From Marsupella aquatica (taxonomy: Eukaryota > Plantae > Marchantiophyta), in assembly GCA_973895155.1 (NCBI GenBank), contig OZ316893.1, positions 6,720,963 through 6,784,962 on the forward strand: 64,000 bases of DNA, read 5' to 3'. Below the pieces are notes generated by a model that was not told the origin of the DNA, did no database searches, and saw nothing but the letters and a program-made list of their open reading frames with translations. The position numbers and the translations under genes are program-made. Below, piece after piece: positions 13,971-28,000 of the stretch (positions are counted from its first letter, which is position 1; each line of letters begins with the position of its first letter).

Positions 13971-15324
13971 AGGAGTAATTCAGAATACAACTAGTTTCAG
14001 GTTGAAAGAGATATGGTTGTGGTGAGGTGTCATGGTTGGTTGTCTCCTCAAGTCCATCACATCAATCCTGACGTGAGTAAAATGTGAGGGATGTTGGTAC
14101 CTTACTCATAAATTGGTGTTGGTTTTTGATCTATGCTGGAAAGTTCTTTTAACTTGCCTCCAGGCTTTGCAGGTGGCAATTAAAAATTTTCCCACCCAAT
14201 TTTTTCTCACTCTACTTTTTCTTGTATTTTGTTATACCTAGCCAAAGCCATGTGTCATGGTCTATTTCAACAGAAATGAGGGCATTGGCCTTATATAAAG
14301 TTTTTCAGGTTGTCTTGCCTAGAATTTGATTGCCTCTCTATTTCCCCAATTTCTGTCACTTTTTGTGGCTAGAAAAAGGAGTTTGGAATGTCAGATTTTT
14401 GCATTGGGTGCCAGCATTTGTTTATCTTATTGCTTGTTCTCAAACTTAGTCACCATTGTGGTAGTTGAAGGATGTACAGTTGGGAAGGATTATGTTCTTA
14501 AATTAATTGTCGGATAGTTTGAAGGTATATTGGAGGGTTAATGATGGAAACCTCCTTCCAATTGTCAACCACTGTCAGGATTTTTTTTTGCAAATCACTA
14601 TTCCCTGCTTATGGTGCTACTTCATTTCTAGTAAAGAGGATAACAATTGAGAAAGCGAAACTTATTTGGTCTGACTTGGTTGTCAACTCTTCTTAGTAAC
14701 AAGAAATTGGGGGCCCATTCAGGTATGGTGTCTACAAATCCTACATGGCAAGCAGTGGGATGGAAGGTTAACATGGGATGTGCATTTTATCTGGAATTTC
14801 AGACCACCTCCGACAGTGAGCTCATCATTACCAAACTTGCCTCCCTGGAATTTATTGAACCTCACTATAAAACACCATTTCAAAAGTATTTTATCCCTTT
14901 ATTGGGTTGCTTTTCCTTTGAGACCCTGCCTCCCTGTTTGGGGTTTTTGTTTTTGGGTACTGTAATATATATTTTTTGGTATGGAATCATTCAGCAGAAC
15001 CAGAAGTGGGCCTCCAGTTTGCTGTGGTCGAAAGTACACAAGTGCCCCCTACACTTAAAGTCACCCTAAGTCTCAAGTTGAGAATGAGAAAACCTACATG
15101 AACCGTTCTTTTGATTTTGTTTTCTGGGACCCTACAGGAAACACTGAAATCCACTCAAAACTTGCATGACCTTTTTGCCTCGGCCAGTAAAAGAATAAGC
15201 GTCAGTGGATGATGACCTTTGGGTTTTGTGACTGAGCTGTCTGCGTGCTTCCTGGCAAAGAAAATCGATGTCTCTTCCACCTCAGCCACATCCAAGTCAC
15301 CTTGGACTGCCTATGCATACCTTG

Positions 15325-15705
15325 GAGTGCTCTGACATGTCTCAGGTGTACTGGGGGGCTTGAGGGAATCAAGAAGTTTTTATGCATGCACATGATATGA
15401 TGTACACTGGAATTTATTCACCAGACTTGTTCACGATTTTGGTACCTTAATTTTTCTCTTAAGTTACGTTGAGTGCTCTGACATGCCTCGAATTGTACTG
15501 TGGGGCTTGAGGGAAGCAGAAGGTTTTAGGCATGCATAATAATTATAGTGGAATCTATTTACCAGACTTGTTCATAATTTTAGTACCTTAATTTTTCTCT
15601 AAGTTACCCTTAAGTGCTCTGACATGCCCGAGGTGTACTGTGGGACTTGAGGGAATCAGGATTTTTATATGCATGCATAGTATGTGCGTTGGAAACTAAT
15701 CACCA
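15325..15705. repeat. ~143-bp tandem repeat, ~2.7 copies
   Basis: agtgctctgacatg...gtactg.ggg.cttgagggaa...accagacttgttca...gtaccttaatttttctct starts at ~15325, ~15471 and ~15612. Confidence 0.8.
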
Positions 15706-17278
15706 GAGAGGCCATGGAATGACCCAAAGACCAAACCAAACACTCAAACCTGCAAATGGAGTAGCCAACACTCCCACTACACAAGATCAGTCAGGCAAAA
15801 CAAGAGTGGACTCTAAAACTTGAATGCCGGCAGATGAAATGCTCACAACTAGGCTGACGATGGTGAATTGAATTATCAGCCTGAACTGTATCCAAATCTG
15901 GATCAGGTTACCAGCAGGTTACCAGCATTGTTCCAGTCTTCAGAAATTGGAGCAGCTGGCAAAAACCTGTGTCTTCCATGGAACAGGGCTGCTGTCACTA
16001 GGACTGGGGGTGTCAGGCCCCCTCTTCCAGTTTGATTGCATAGAACCACATTTCTGGCTGGGGTTGCACAATGTGGCGCATTTGGGGAGCCAGGAAATGT
16101 CTAAAGTGTCCCGAGTTGCTAATCAGAGATTACAAAAACAGATTAGAGTACTTCCATGCTAGACCACTTATGCAGCTGTTAATCGATCTGAAGACTGTAA
16201 CTGATATGGTGGGTCTGTGGCAATGCCTTCACTTCTACTGTGGCAATGGTCCTTCAACTTCTAAGATTAAAGGCTTCTGGCACTGACAGTTTGTTTATGG
16301 GAAAGTTATTACATGTTTGTTGTTGAATACCGTGGTTGGTATGTTTCAACATATTGTTTGCCTTGTGCAAGAGAGACAATTAATGTTTGGATTATATAAA
16401 TATAAAAATATTCTGTATAAAACCAGGAAGGTTTTCCCAATGTTTTTTTATGTCAAGCCGACCAGCCTTCTAGTGTTTTTTAAGGGGATATCTTCTTCGA
16501 ACAAGCTGCGCAACTACCTTGCAGACAAGAGAAGCACTAATGCATAATTTTTTATGCAACCATTTTTATTGCTGGTCTATGGTAGTAACATGTTTCAACG
16601 AAGCTGAAACAGCTCTCATGTGTACGTAGGATTGACCCATCAAATAATAGCCATTGTACTTCCAGTTTCATTTTATAGTAAAAATGTGAATTTGACTCTA
16701 AAATGAACACACTTTTATGGAGAGTCAAACCACGATGCGGATTTAATATGCTATGGGGCCAATGCTCTACTTTGGCCGTTGGCTGCTTTGGGTTCCTTAC
16801 TTGTAAAATCGTAGGTTTTCCCGCCCAAACCATCCTTCCAGTTGCATGACCATTTCCCTTTTCTTTCTCTAAAAACCAAATCACTGGGAACTTAATTATA
16901 CCCACTTCTCACATGACAGTTACAGTGGACTGTGAAGGGCAGAGGACCAAAACTTTCCTGCCCTTATGCCTGGCAAATGAAGGGGTCCAATTATGAATCT
17001 CTGTGTGTAGAATATGATAAAAGGAGAACAGGACCCAACGACTTGTAAGAATAAAATGAGTTTTTCAGTAACCATAAACCTGAATGTATAGCATAGTTCC
17101 TATAACTGTGTGTCTCAAACCCTTATTAGGGCCCAAAAGATCCTGGCCCAAAAGTACCAGTTTCAGTCTTTGGTCACAAATGATAGGGCAAGCTTTTTGC
17201 GAGTCCGCCACTTTAGTTCCAAGAAATCCTGTGTGACCATCACCCGAAGCAAAACTAAGAAGTTTGAGACGTCCTAAT

Positions 17279-17446
17279 AGGGCGTGTCAATACACAGCTG
17301 TAACTAAGTTACGGCTCAGGACATAAAATGTTTTTACAGCCAAGATAGATTTATTATGGGCTACCAAAATATATACCCCATAAGGGTGGTACCTCCAGAA
17401 AATAAAATAAGCAACAGTTTAGTTAGGGGAGAACTTTGACACGCCT
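17279..17446. mobile_element. MITE-like short copy (~170 bp) of the family at 889-2053
   Basis: aat|AGGGCGTGTCAA ... CTTTGACACGCCT|aat. The internal taact.agttac.gct.agg.cataaaatgttt block is shared with 889-960. Confidence 0.7.
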
Positions 17447-20400
17447 AATGCAAGGCTCCAGAGAAATGGCCAAACCACAAAGAGGGAAGAGATCAGCCTC
17501 GAGGAGTCTCATTGTCCCATGGATGGCCCCACTGAAGTAGTATCCCTCGCTAAACTTGGAGCTGAGGTTATACGGTTTCAGGAAAATACAGTAGCGTACA
17601 ATACGGGAAGGACACTCATCATCCTCAGTACAGTAACGTTGGTCATTCAGCGAGATTTGCGGTGAGTCTTGTCCACTTTGAAATGATTTCGATAAGCCAC
17701 TGATTGTCCTCTTGAGCCCTTGGGCTGTGCTATGCTACAACCCACAAATTACGCTGCTGCCAGAAACATGAATTGGACGGAGGAAAAGATAACAATCTAT
17801 GGTAATCTTACCTTTGACGATACAATTTGTTGTCATTTGCGTGAATATGTCTGCTATGATTCTCTCCTCTCGTCTGATTAGACATCGCGAATGTGTGATT
17901 ACTGAAAATCACGCTGGACTCGTGGTGTCAGGAGGGCATGAACATGTCCCTGAGGTTTGCTTCCTTGTACGCTATCAATTAATGACAAACTCAGAAAGAG
18001 GCAGAGGCACAAAAGCTCCCCACACTTGGATCATCCCAGATGACAGTCATGTGCTCTGTTAGTCCAGATGATGAAAGTTTGTGGCCCAAGCAAAGTGTCC
18101 GGACATGTGGCACCGCGTTTCTTTCCTCCGACTGATGTCATCATAATCATGAGTGAATTGGGAGGGAAGTGCTGCGATTGGAAATTCGAGGCAAGTCTGA
18201 CTTGGCGGGAGCGAGGTACGTAGTGGATTAGCTGATCAGGGCTTGTGCGTTTCAGTACGCTGGAAAGCTCGAGCCTTCGAGCACTATCCAGACTGGTGCG
18301 TTTAGTCAGCTGTCGAGCGTGTGGAGAGGACAGGATCACAGACCAGATCACCAGACTACCAGAGTCATTTAGGCTGCGCCATTTACCTCAGTCTCCCGTA
18401 GCATGTCACATGGTTTGCCATGGGCGTACTGAACATGACAACAGTACCACTGATGTGGTCATGACTCTGGAGTCTTGACCGTCGACATTCAATTTGACTG
18501 GAAAGAAGACTCGAGGAAAATCGAAGTTGAGCAGCGTAGTTAATTAACCATGATGCAGGACTCTTTCGTGTGGGTCTCGGTGTGGTTTTGACTTGAAAAC
18601 GCAACGTGAAGACGCTGGTACTGTAGCCAAATTTTTTTTGTTATTGTCGACATCGAGAGGCAAGTCGTTTACGCAATGCTTCAACGCTAGGCGGTACTAG
18701 GCGTTATGCAAAATTAAACAATCAATCAAACGTATAAAGCCAAGGTCCACTGAAGGTGCATGAGAAAGGTTTCCATGATTGTTGTGGATGCCTTGGAACG
18801 TAAGCGCGTGCATGCCAGTTTTCCCAAGCTGTTTCTCACTACTCCACAACATCACTGCACGAGCTTGCTTTGACTTTGAAACCCCTACAGTAGAATGAAC
18901 TGTTACATTCTCAACTCAGAATCTGCATGGGGCGTTACAAAGTACCTCGAGGACGAAATAGACGATTCTACAGTTCTGACATGAGCATTATACCTTGTAG
19001 TCCAAGCACCGATGCTAGTGCACTTTAAAAGTTCTTCACGTCATTCTCTTGAGGACTCGAAAAGGAGTTTTTGACAGCACATGGAGCTTTTAGAGAAGAA
19101 TCTCCTCGTTTATTTTTCTTTCATTTTCTGCTTAATGCTCCACCAGCTTGGCCATAAGGATTGGATCAGTTCCACCGCATTGGGTAGTGCAACATCCGAG
19201 GCAACAGCTAAGCCTACCTCGCCCAGCTGAACTCCCAACTTCAGCCGCTGGCACGTGAATCTCTCCTTTCATAAGACTAGGTAGATACACCCAAATCGTT
19301 GATAAGCTCGGAGCTGGGTGGAGAATCTGCATCGATATCGGAGAGGATAGCACCTGAGCTTACCCCAGCTGTGTGGGTACAGTGTTCCAAACATTTATCA
19401 ATACCAAACAAACTAGAGCACATGGAGCTCACAGCTTCACTGTCATGGTCCCTGAGGTGGAGTACTCTTGTACTTCATGATCATCTAGCCGGTGATCACC
19501 TCCACAGGTGAACATTGCAACCGATTCGACAGACAGGAGTCCAAGAGACCAGCTTCATCTTTAGGGACCTGCAACTGCTAGCACAACAGCTTTAGCCTAG
19601 CCCGAGCCACAGTTTCATTTTGGTAGGGACCGTAGACTATAAAACAAACTACCTAACAAAATTAGTAGCTTGCTGGTATATTAGCTAGTTCGAATATTTA
19701 GCAACCAGTAGCCCGTACCGGAACTCCACACAGAACCCCTTGTGGCAAGGCAACTATGGTTACACTCTCCTGTACAAAACACCTTCTTCCCATGTTATTT
19801 CTTTAAATCGGTCTTCATTAATCAACTGACAAGTGACTTTACAAGCGCCTTCGGTTTTTTCCCATTGCTGCATTGCTGAAGATTCTAAAGTAATAAGGAG
19901 TATAAATCAGTTTTCACAGTCATGTACTGTGACAAAACAAAGCCTTGAAGGCACTGAGATGCAACTTTTACATATTTCATGTCATCAGCTCATCCCACTT
20001 TCCGCAAAGACCTTCTGGGGCGGTTATGTTGGGGATGACCACTCTCCGTAACCCAGAACTAATTGACCAAAGGAAGCGAACTCGAGCAGTGGTACCTCGT
20101 TGGTATCCCAGGGTAAAATAGCAGTGGAATGTCTTTTGGCTCAAGTGTATCGAAGAGGTAGAAAATATGTAGATAAAGACTACTCGTGCGATCCTAGTGT
20201 GACCAAAAACTCTTTGCCAAGTGCCGTGCGAATCTACTACAAGTTTGAAATTTTATTTCCAGAATTTTTTAAAATTCCCTTTCTTGTATTCCGTCCTGAT
20301 TTTCTGAGCTCCCAGAACTTCAATTCAAAGAAAAGCGAGGGATTACTGTAGCGTCAACAGCTTAGGCTATCAAATGGAGGAAAAAGAGAGCTTAAAGAGG

Positions 20401-23400
20401 AAAAGGGACCAACTCAATAAAAAGGGCCGAACAATGTACATGGAGAAAAAGCAAAAGTGGTCCAGAGAAGGTAAACACCAAAGTCAAAAGAACACCCCAA
20501 AAAACTAGAAAGAGTAAAACTACGAGAGAAAGCTCCGTCACACCGCTGCAACAGTGCGATGAGCTAAAAGTGAAAACTAAAACCTGCTTTTCATCACATG
20601 GAGCATTCGTGGCACAGTTCATAGTTTCGAATTCTCGTGAATTGTAATCAACTTTAGAGCCCCTATTTCCCGCCACTGCACGCATCTCTACGCGAAGAAA
20701 AACCGTCTGCATGAGCGGGTACAACCTCTAGGCGTCATGGTGTGTGCATGACATTCCAGCAAGAGTCAGAAGAATGATCTCCAAGACGTGGCTTCAGCAC
20801 TGTCTTGAAGTGGAGTCCTCTAAGGACTTTCTACTGAGAGGGCCCTGCCTGACATTTTGCCTTCAATTCTGGATGTGTACGATACTTTCACCTGACAACA
20901 ACCATCATGATCAATCCATCCTGCTGCGTCTCCCTGATCTGAGATTCTTATTGAAGTTGGTACTTCAAATTGGAAAGCCGCAGAGCCTGTGTGAATAGGA
21001 TAGCGCTGCATTGGGCAGTGCAGCCGCTCCAGACCGCCACGATGGGTTTGTAGAGAACATTTGCGACCTCCTCGCTCTGCACCGACAATTCGATCGGCTG
21101 CTGCTCCTCCTCCTGATCCCATGAGCCAAGTCAGGCTCAGGCTCAGTAGAGGCTCTCTGCATAATGTTTTTAGTTTATTCTACATCTATATCTATAATAA
21201 CATCTAAAATATGCAATGCAATGCAGCCAAAAATATCCCACGATGTCTTTACCAAATCCAATTTGAACGGGAAGACTTGCTGGCCGTCGATTTCTTTTCC
21301 CTTTTTCTACGGCAGTATGATCCTGCTGCGAGGAGGATGCGAACAATTGGGGAGGGGAGCCAGGAAGGGGAGAGGGGAGTCTGTGGCAAGGAGGAGAGAG
21401 TGGCAGGGAGGGAAACAGAGAGTTGAAGAGAAGGGCAGGGAGGGTCAGGACGTCAGGGGAGAGGAGAGATGGGCGAGACAAGAGCAATAGGGATGAAAGC
21501 ATCCATTTTTTGGTAGGCTAAAATTAGAGAATCACTTACCTAAAAAACAGGCAGGCTAATGATGATACTCAGGCTGAATTTGAAGAAGTCTGTTTCATTA
21601 GCCGTCACCTAATGCACCATGCGGGAGTGTTAGCCAGGAATATTTTACAATAGTCATAAATAAAGTAATGTATAATTGAAGTACAATACTCAATAGCCAA
21701 CCTGTGCCTGTCTGTAGGGTAAAATAGTAGCCACCTTGGCTAATGTTTAAAAACAAGAAAAACAAATGGCTGGGTGACAGGGAGTGAAAGGGAAAGATGA
21801 GGAGAGGGACAGGGTGAGATGGGATGGGATGCGACAGACGGGGCAGAGAGACTGAAGGGAGATGCATGCGAGAGAAGGGAAAGCTAGGGGAAAAAATGGG
21901 AAAAGGTCCTAAAACTTAAAAACCCTCACTGGACCTGCTCCCACATCTTCCTAGCAACAACTGATTTCCACAACAAATGGATTATAGGCAATCAAAATGA
22001 CATCACATTTGCATTAACATCAGGTACAGCTAGAGTGCCTTAACACTTAGTTTCGGCATCTCTGACTCCAACGCCGAGCTCCCTTATGGTCCAGGCCCGG
22101 ATAGACCATCCGGGGAGTACTTAGCATGGGGAAACTTGTGGGCAATGAGACGTGGCACTAACAAAAGCAAGGCGCCAAGCTGGTGACACACACTATGGAC
22201 TTAGACTAGCTGAGTGCTGGTCGGGTCAAGGGGTCGGATTCAAGGTCGACTGTCCGGACCCCCGAACGGACTTTGAGTTCTAAGGGCCTGAATGAGAGCT
22301 CCTTTTGGGCCCAAGGCCAATGAAGTTGACGCTATAGGCAATGGATACTTGGGGCGCGAGTTATGGCCTGATCCGGGTTTCGCCGATCGGGGACCCTGAG
22401 CGGCGATGAGATCTGAGGGCCTAGGCATGAGCACTGGGTCAACCCAATCACAGCGGGCTAAGGCACTCCGCTTGCGGACACCTAACTAGGAAGTTATGGG
22501 CGTTGCCAGTTGGTGGCACGCCCAGACATGCAGGATAGGGTCTGGGTTGGGGACCAAAAGTTTGAGGACCAAAGTTGGTCCGGGGGTGGCAGGTCTCCAG
22601 AAGCATATATGAGGGGAGTGGTGTCTCCCTGGGGGCTAAGGGCGAGCCGAAGTCGTGAGCCGCGACGGTCGCGACACTGAAGGAAAACGTCAAACGGAAA
22701 CGACGATAACTTCTCAACGAGAAGACCGTTGGGGGACTTCTTGGGTGCGTTGGAAAGCTCTCAACGAGGACTACATCCTCTTGAGCTCAGCTGGGTCTGG
22801 GGGTGCCATAGGTTTTCGAGGTTTGCTAGTGTTATCTCGCCCGCTTGCCAAATCCTGTCGAAACAGCAGCCAAGCCGCATTTAGTCTCTCAAGGGAGCTT
22901 GCGTTGGGGAGGCAAGGCCAAGTAGGCATGGAGGATGAGTTCCAAGGGCACTTAGCCCTAGACCATCAGTGCGGCGAGAACCGGGAGTTGCTAAAGTCGG
23001 GGCCGTTCTGGTCCCGACGTGTTGGGACAAGCTTTAGGACAAGCTACGCCAACTGGGCCATGAGCATGTCGTGGGGGCAAGGCGGTCAGTTGGTGATGGA
23101 TAGGTACGAGGGGGAACCCGGGCCTCGCCCAAGGAAGGAGCTGTTCTAGACGAACAGTGAGCGTCGGTTCTGGTTCCAGCTTATGGCATCGGGAGGACCT
23201 ATCACTGACCTACTTACCAATGTCTGTTGAGCTTGAGTTAGGATGCTAGACTTGGGGAGATCTAGATCCTAAAGGGTTACTTACCGAGGCGCTTGGTGGC
23301 TTGTGCAGACAATGAGTACCGTTGAGTAACGGTCGTGTTGGAGAGCAAGTGCGGCTTCGTATGGGAGGGGCCGCTGGTGGTGCAAGGGCACTAGGTTGCT

Positions 23401-23892
23401 TGCTCGAGGTATTCCGTGGAGGCGTTTGGGCACCAGGGGCACTTAGGCGTGGGTGTTGGGTGGCAAGGTCCACCACTACAACTAACCTGGCCAAAATGAC
23501 AAATGATATTAGAACCACAACACCACAGCAATAATGACATGGCCACCCGCATGGCCACAACAACAAATGTGCCACCCATGGGAATGGGCTAGTCTAAACT
23601 TTAATTTGCAAATCAAAGTCTAGCATTCATGACCTACTTTGTAGAGTGAAGTCCTAAGCCATATCTCTCTAGTAATAGCAAATTTAGATATTAAGACTAT
23701 GCTAGTGACTACCTGTGTGAGCAGGAAGAGATGTGGAGGTCCACCTGGCTTCAACTTTGCCAATTATGGTTCAACTAGAACAATCTAAAAGACTGTGTAG
23801 TCTGGATATGATTTTACCCGGAGTATCATGTGAATCTCCTCAAATATTTATTTTTTGGCCAAAAATAGTGAACCTAAGAGTAAAACACCACC

Positions 23893-25023
23893 TGTCACGC
23901 CGAGGGACAATGCCTCTTATGCACATCGGCATGTCCCTCGCCTGCCCGCTAGGTATGTAGTTAGGGCTAGTGTACTACCTGAATTAGCGACATGTTCTTG
24001 TAGCAAGTCTGGGCCGTTCTTGAAGCAAATGTGCTTGTTAGTGTGACGCCAGGACTTTGCTTGCTTAGGGCATGTCTTTCTTTGTGGGTTTTCAGTTCTT
24101 CTTGAATCGTTGTGAGACAGAGTTTTTCAGAGGCTGCTCGTCGGTTCCGTACACGGAATTCACACAGTGATTCGTTAGATGCTCCCGGCCGATCTTGGCA
24201 TCTCGCCGGTTTTTGATTCGATTTCAGTACGTTTGTTTCTATCACGCCTTTTATTCAAGAAGAACTGCCGAGTTAGCGGTGACGAGAAGAAGATTGCTCG
24301 TGGCAATTTCAACAATTTTTGGGGAAGCCATTGCAATTTCTTCGACGGACATCGGAGTGACGAGTTAAAAGTTATGGATTTATGTTGTTATGTGTATACT
24401 TAAGTGTATACACATATCAATGCTCTCGAGGAGGTCCGGGGTTCATTTTCTGGTTGCATCCGCTACCCCTTTGCTCCTTCTTACTGTCACTGCCGCTGAC
24501 TGCCTCGATTGCTTTTGGGGTTGTTTTTGCATTCCCGGCCACGACCGCCGGTGAGTCTACTTTAGTGCCTCAGCTATTGCACGCCGATGCGCATAGGGCC
24601 GTGTGCCCATTTTCTTTTCGACCCTCCTCCTTACATTTTCCAGGCGCTGCGCCTCGCTCGCCTTGGCTTTTATTCCCTTCCTGGCCAATTTGCTCTATTT
24701 CGTCCCCCGACTGTCAGTGCATAGGGCACCGTTTCTTTCCCTACCGGAAGTTGCCAGCATCCCGGCCAGCATTTAAAGCAGAAGGGGATGGGGAGTACAT
24801 TCGACTCCCTCCTCTCGGGAGTTACACTTCTGCCAGGGCACGAGGCCCTATGGCGAATTAAGAGGGGGGGAGGGGAAGCAAAAGCAGGGCACAAGGCCCT
24901 AGGCAGCTTTGAAGCATTCAAGGGGGGGAGAGTACATTCGACTCCTCTCACGGGAGTTGCAGGGCACGAAGCCCTAAGCAGCATTAAAGCAGGGGGAGTT
25001 GAAGGCTTGAAGTGCAAGGAGGG
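23893..25023. mobile_element. Probable LTR-type repeat (outermost member of the nest), interrupted at 25024
   Basis: Starts TGTCACGCC, a typical gypsy LTR start, with an abrupt composition change. It has internal repeated units at 24770-25010. No second LTR or TSD is visible in the window. Confidence 0.35.
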
Positions 25024-28000
25024 TGTGGTGCGTCCCATGGCTCCCTAAACCCCATAAACCCCCCTTCACAAGCCGATTCCCGCGGGTTTTGCGCTTGGCG
25101 AGGTTGTTTCCGTGGCTTAGTGGCATGGGACGCTGCTAACCTCCTTCTACTACTACTATTAACATTTTACACACATATACTGGACAGATCCTTCATCGGG
25201 TCATGAGATACGTAGCCGGCCTAATCTAGGCCTTCCCTTGTCTTCCCCTCCGTCTTGTTAGGTATATTTGGATTCTGCCGTCGGAATGATCCCCAATAGG
25301 CTTGGTTAAGCCGCTAAGACCTCTCTCAGCTCGACACATCCAACTCTCACTCTCTTGCTTACTTTCCTTCCTCTATTAGTTGATGTGGGCACTCTTCACA
25401 CAAGTTAATGCGACACACAAATAGCAAAATGACTCCTTCTGACTGAGCCATACCATGCACTTGCCATACAAACAGTACATCTCATACACAAGCTCTGCGA
25501 ACTAAGCCGTGAGGCCAACTCTATTCAGCTCTTAGGCATGAGGAAACATGAATATACACAAGGGTCACTGTATGACTAACCGAGAGCTTCTCTTACTACT
25601 TGATCCCAGCCCGGCTGGTGCAACTAAAAACTTGCTAAAGAAGAGGCCCTGAGCTCCCTGCTGCCCAGGTACTTATCCTGGTAGTGGATCCGCCTAATTC
25701 TTTGCAGCGTAAGCTTAATCTACCTAGCTGAATCTACCTATGTACAGCGAGGCAGGAGTACAAATGTTGCTCTTACCAGTGGAACCGCAATCCCACTAAG
25801 CTAAGTGTCAGGGCCGCCTCCTGGTCCTGATCCTAATCCTAAACTTAGAGATCTGAGCCCGCCCTGCCCACTCACGCCTCCTCCCTCCACGTCCGCCCTC
25901 CTTGAAAGAAGCGGCCCTCCACCACCGTCATGGCAGCGGTGGCTGTTCTTGAGTGGACGCCCCCAACGCTTCCACCTCAGCCACTGTCGTAGGTTCGTTC
26001 TCTGACAGATTACCTGCCCTTGACTGAGTCAACTCTCCATCGGCCTGACTGGGTCCACCCCCGGCAACGGCATCGGCTTCAACATCAGCCTCGGCTACGC
26101 CCTCAGCCACGGCTACGGCCTCCCTTGCACACTCAAGTGGCGGATTGGGTACCTCGGCTTCATTACCGAGTATCTTGGCCTCGGCTTTGTCATCCCCTTC
26201 TTCTAGGGTAGTTGGATCCTCTGCCGTAACCCTGCCTGAGGTCGGTGCTGGGTTTACCTCCTTGGTCACCACGGCCTATGGAGCCGTATTACTCCCTGAC
26301 CCTAAAGGTTTCCGCTTCTTCTTCTTTTCTGGTTCGGCAGCTGGCCCCTTCCCCTTCCCACTTACTTCCGGCACTAGTGCAAATGGCGCGGCTTGTCCTT
26401 CGGCCAGTACCACTCCTGGTAACTTAGTGGCCTCAATTTGAGTTGGCCCTGATGAAGCCAAGCACTTAAATATTGCGGCTTGTTTCTTCAGCCGCTCCGT
26501 TTGGTTGTCGGCTCGTCGTTGTAAGTTCTCTAGCTTCCGCGTGCTTTCCTCCAACTCTTCCTGCACTTCGTCCAGGTCCTTGCGCGCCTCCTCCAGCTCC
26601 TTTTGGGCTTCCTCCAATTCCTGTTTAAACGCAGCTCTCTCCTCCCGGGTCGCTCTTAACTCCTTGTCGAGCTCTGCAATGATGACAGACTCCATCTGGT
26701 TCATCTTGGCGTAAGTCTGATCGAGCATATTGTCCTTCTCACGCAGGTCGGCCTTGAAGCTGGCCGTCAGGGACGCAAGCTCCTGCTGCAGCGCAATAAT
26801 CCCTTGATAGGATTTCCCTAACTTGGCCTCCTTCTTCTCAAGGGCTCCGCGGATAACCTCGAGCTCCCCATTCAATGCCCTTTCCCTTCTCTGGGTCTCC
26901 GCCCTGGCCCGGTTGTTGGCTGTTATGTGGGCCTCCTCTGCATCCCTCAGCTCTCGCTTCCACTTCTCCCGCTCCTTGATCGCATCGGCCAACTCTTCTT
27001 GGGTTCGAGTCAATTTATTCTCGATAATCTGATTATCAGATTGTGCGGTATCCAATTGGCCCTGCATGATATTTAGCTCATGCCGCTTAATCCGCAGCTC
27101 ATCTTGGGCTTTCTTGGCCGCCCTCAGGTCTTTGATTTCGGCTTCCCTTGCCCTGAGCCGACGGATGACCTCATCCTTCTTGCTTCTTTCCAAAGCCACC
27201 GCTTCTTCTAATTGGCGCTTCTCCAACATCTCCCTTTGAAAAAAGGGTCCTTGCTCCAACTCCTCCCCAAAGATGCTGAGCGCCAGCTCTCCACACATTT
27301 CCCCGTACTCCATGGCTCTATTTTTAGCATAGGTGGAGGAAGTAGAAGTCATCGGCATCATCCACCGCCGCCTGTGCTCCCAAGCCGCCTTGCGGATCTC
27401 TTCTATTGTGGCTGGAGGGATGCTTCATTTTTCTGCAAGCCGCTTGATGTCCTCTGGCCATTCTCCTCCTGGTAAATCTTTTTTCCTAGCCAGGGCTGCC
27501 TCCTCTTCCTCCCTGATTTGCTCCTGAAATTCCTGCGCCGTTTGTTTTATGCCGTCAAAGCTCGGGGGAGCGACATCTGGTGGGGGAGACTCGGGGCTGC
27601 TCTGCTGGCTCGGGTCTCCTCGAACTACTCTTGGGAGCGTGGGGATGAACCGGCCACAGGTCCTTACTCTTGGAACATGATGATCCAACCCGTAGCCAGA
27701 GTCATCATTGCTGTAGTCCTCTACCGCCTCCTCCTCGGCTTGGACTACCGGCTTCTCCCGCTGTTCTCCTGGTTTTGTTGTGAACATGGCTTCACCTCTC
27801 ACCGGTCTTGGTTCCTCCTCCGGCTTCCGTGTTGATCTCTTGTTCTCCTTGTCGTGGCCAGGAGCTACGGCCTGCTTCTCCTCGGCTTCGGGACTTGAGG
27901 CTCCGACATACATCCGGACTCTCGACTCGTGTTCCGGCCTCCTTCTCTCCTTGATTCCAGTAAAGGGGTTTTCCCTTGTAAGCCGGCTTAGGCCCACCTC

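Noticed and set aside
15325-15705. CRISPR-like array
   Set aside because: Plain tandem repeat without unique spacers, in eukaryotic context.
19290-19365. miR390/TAS3-like site (CCTGAGCTT; GGTGCTATCCT on the minus strand)
   Set aside because: Only half-sites on opposite strands; no full complementary site or convincing hairpin.
17500-21900. Possible minus-strand gene suggested by GA-rich tracts at 21330-21900
   Set aside because: Looks like UTR or promoter sequence, but there is no ORF or exon chain I can support.
25012-25206. Short ORFs recurring at LTR ends (also 28775-29014, 42105-42371, 41884-42090)
   Set aside because: They recur only because the LTR is repeated; several starts come from flanking DNA or non-ATG codons.
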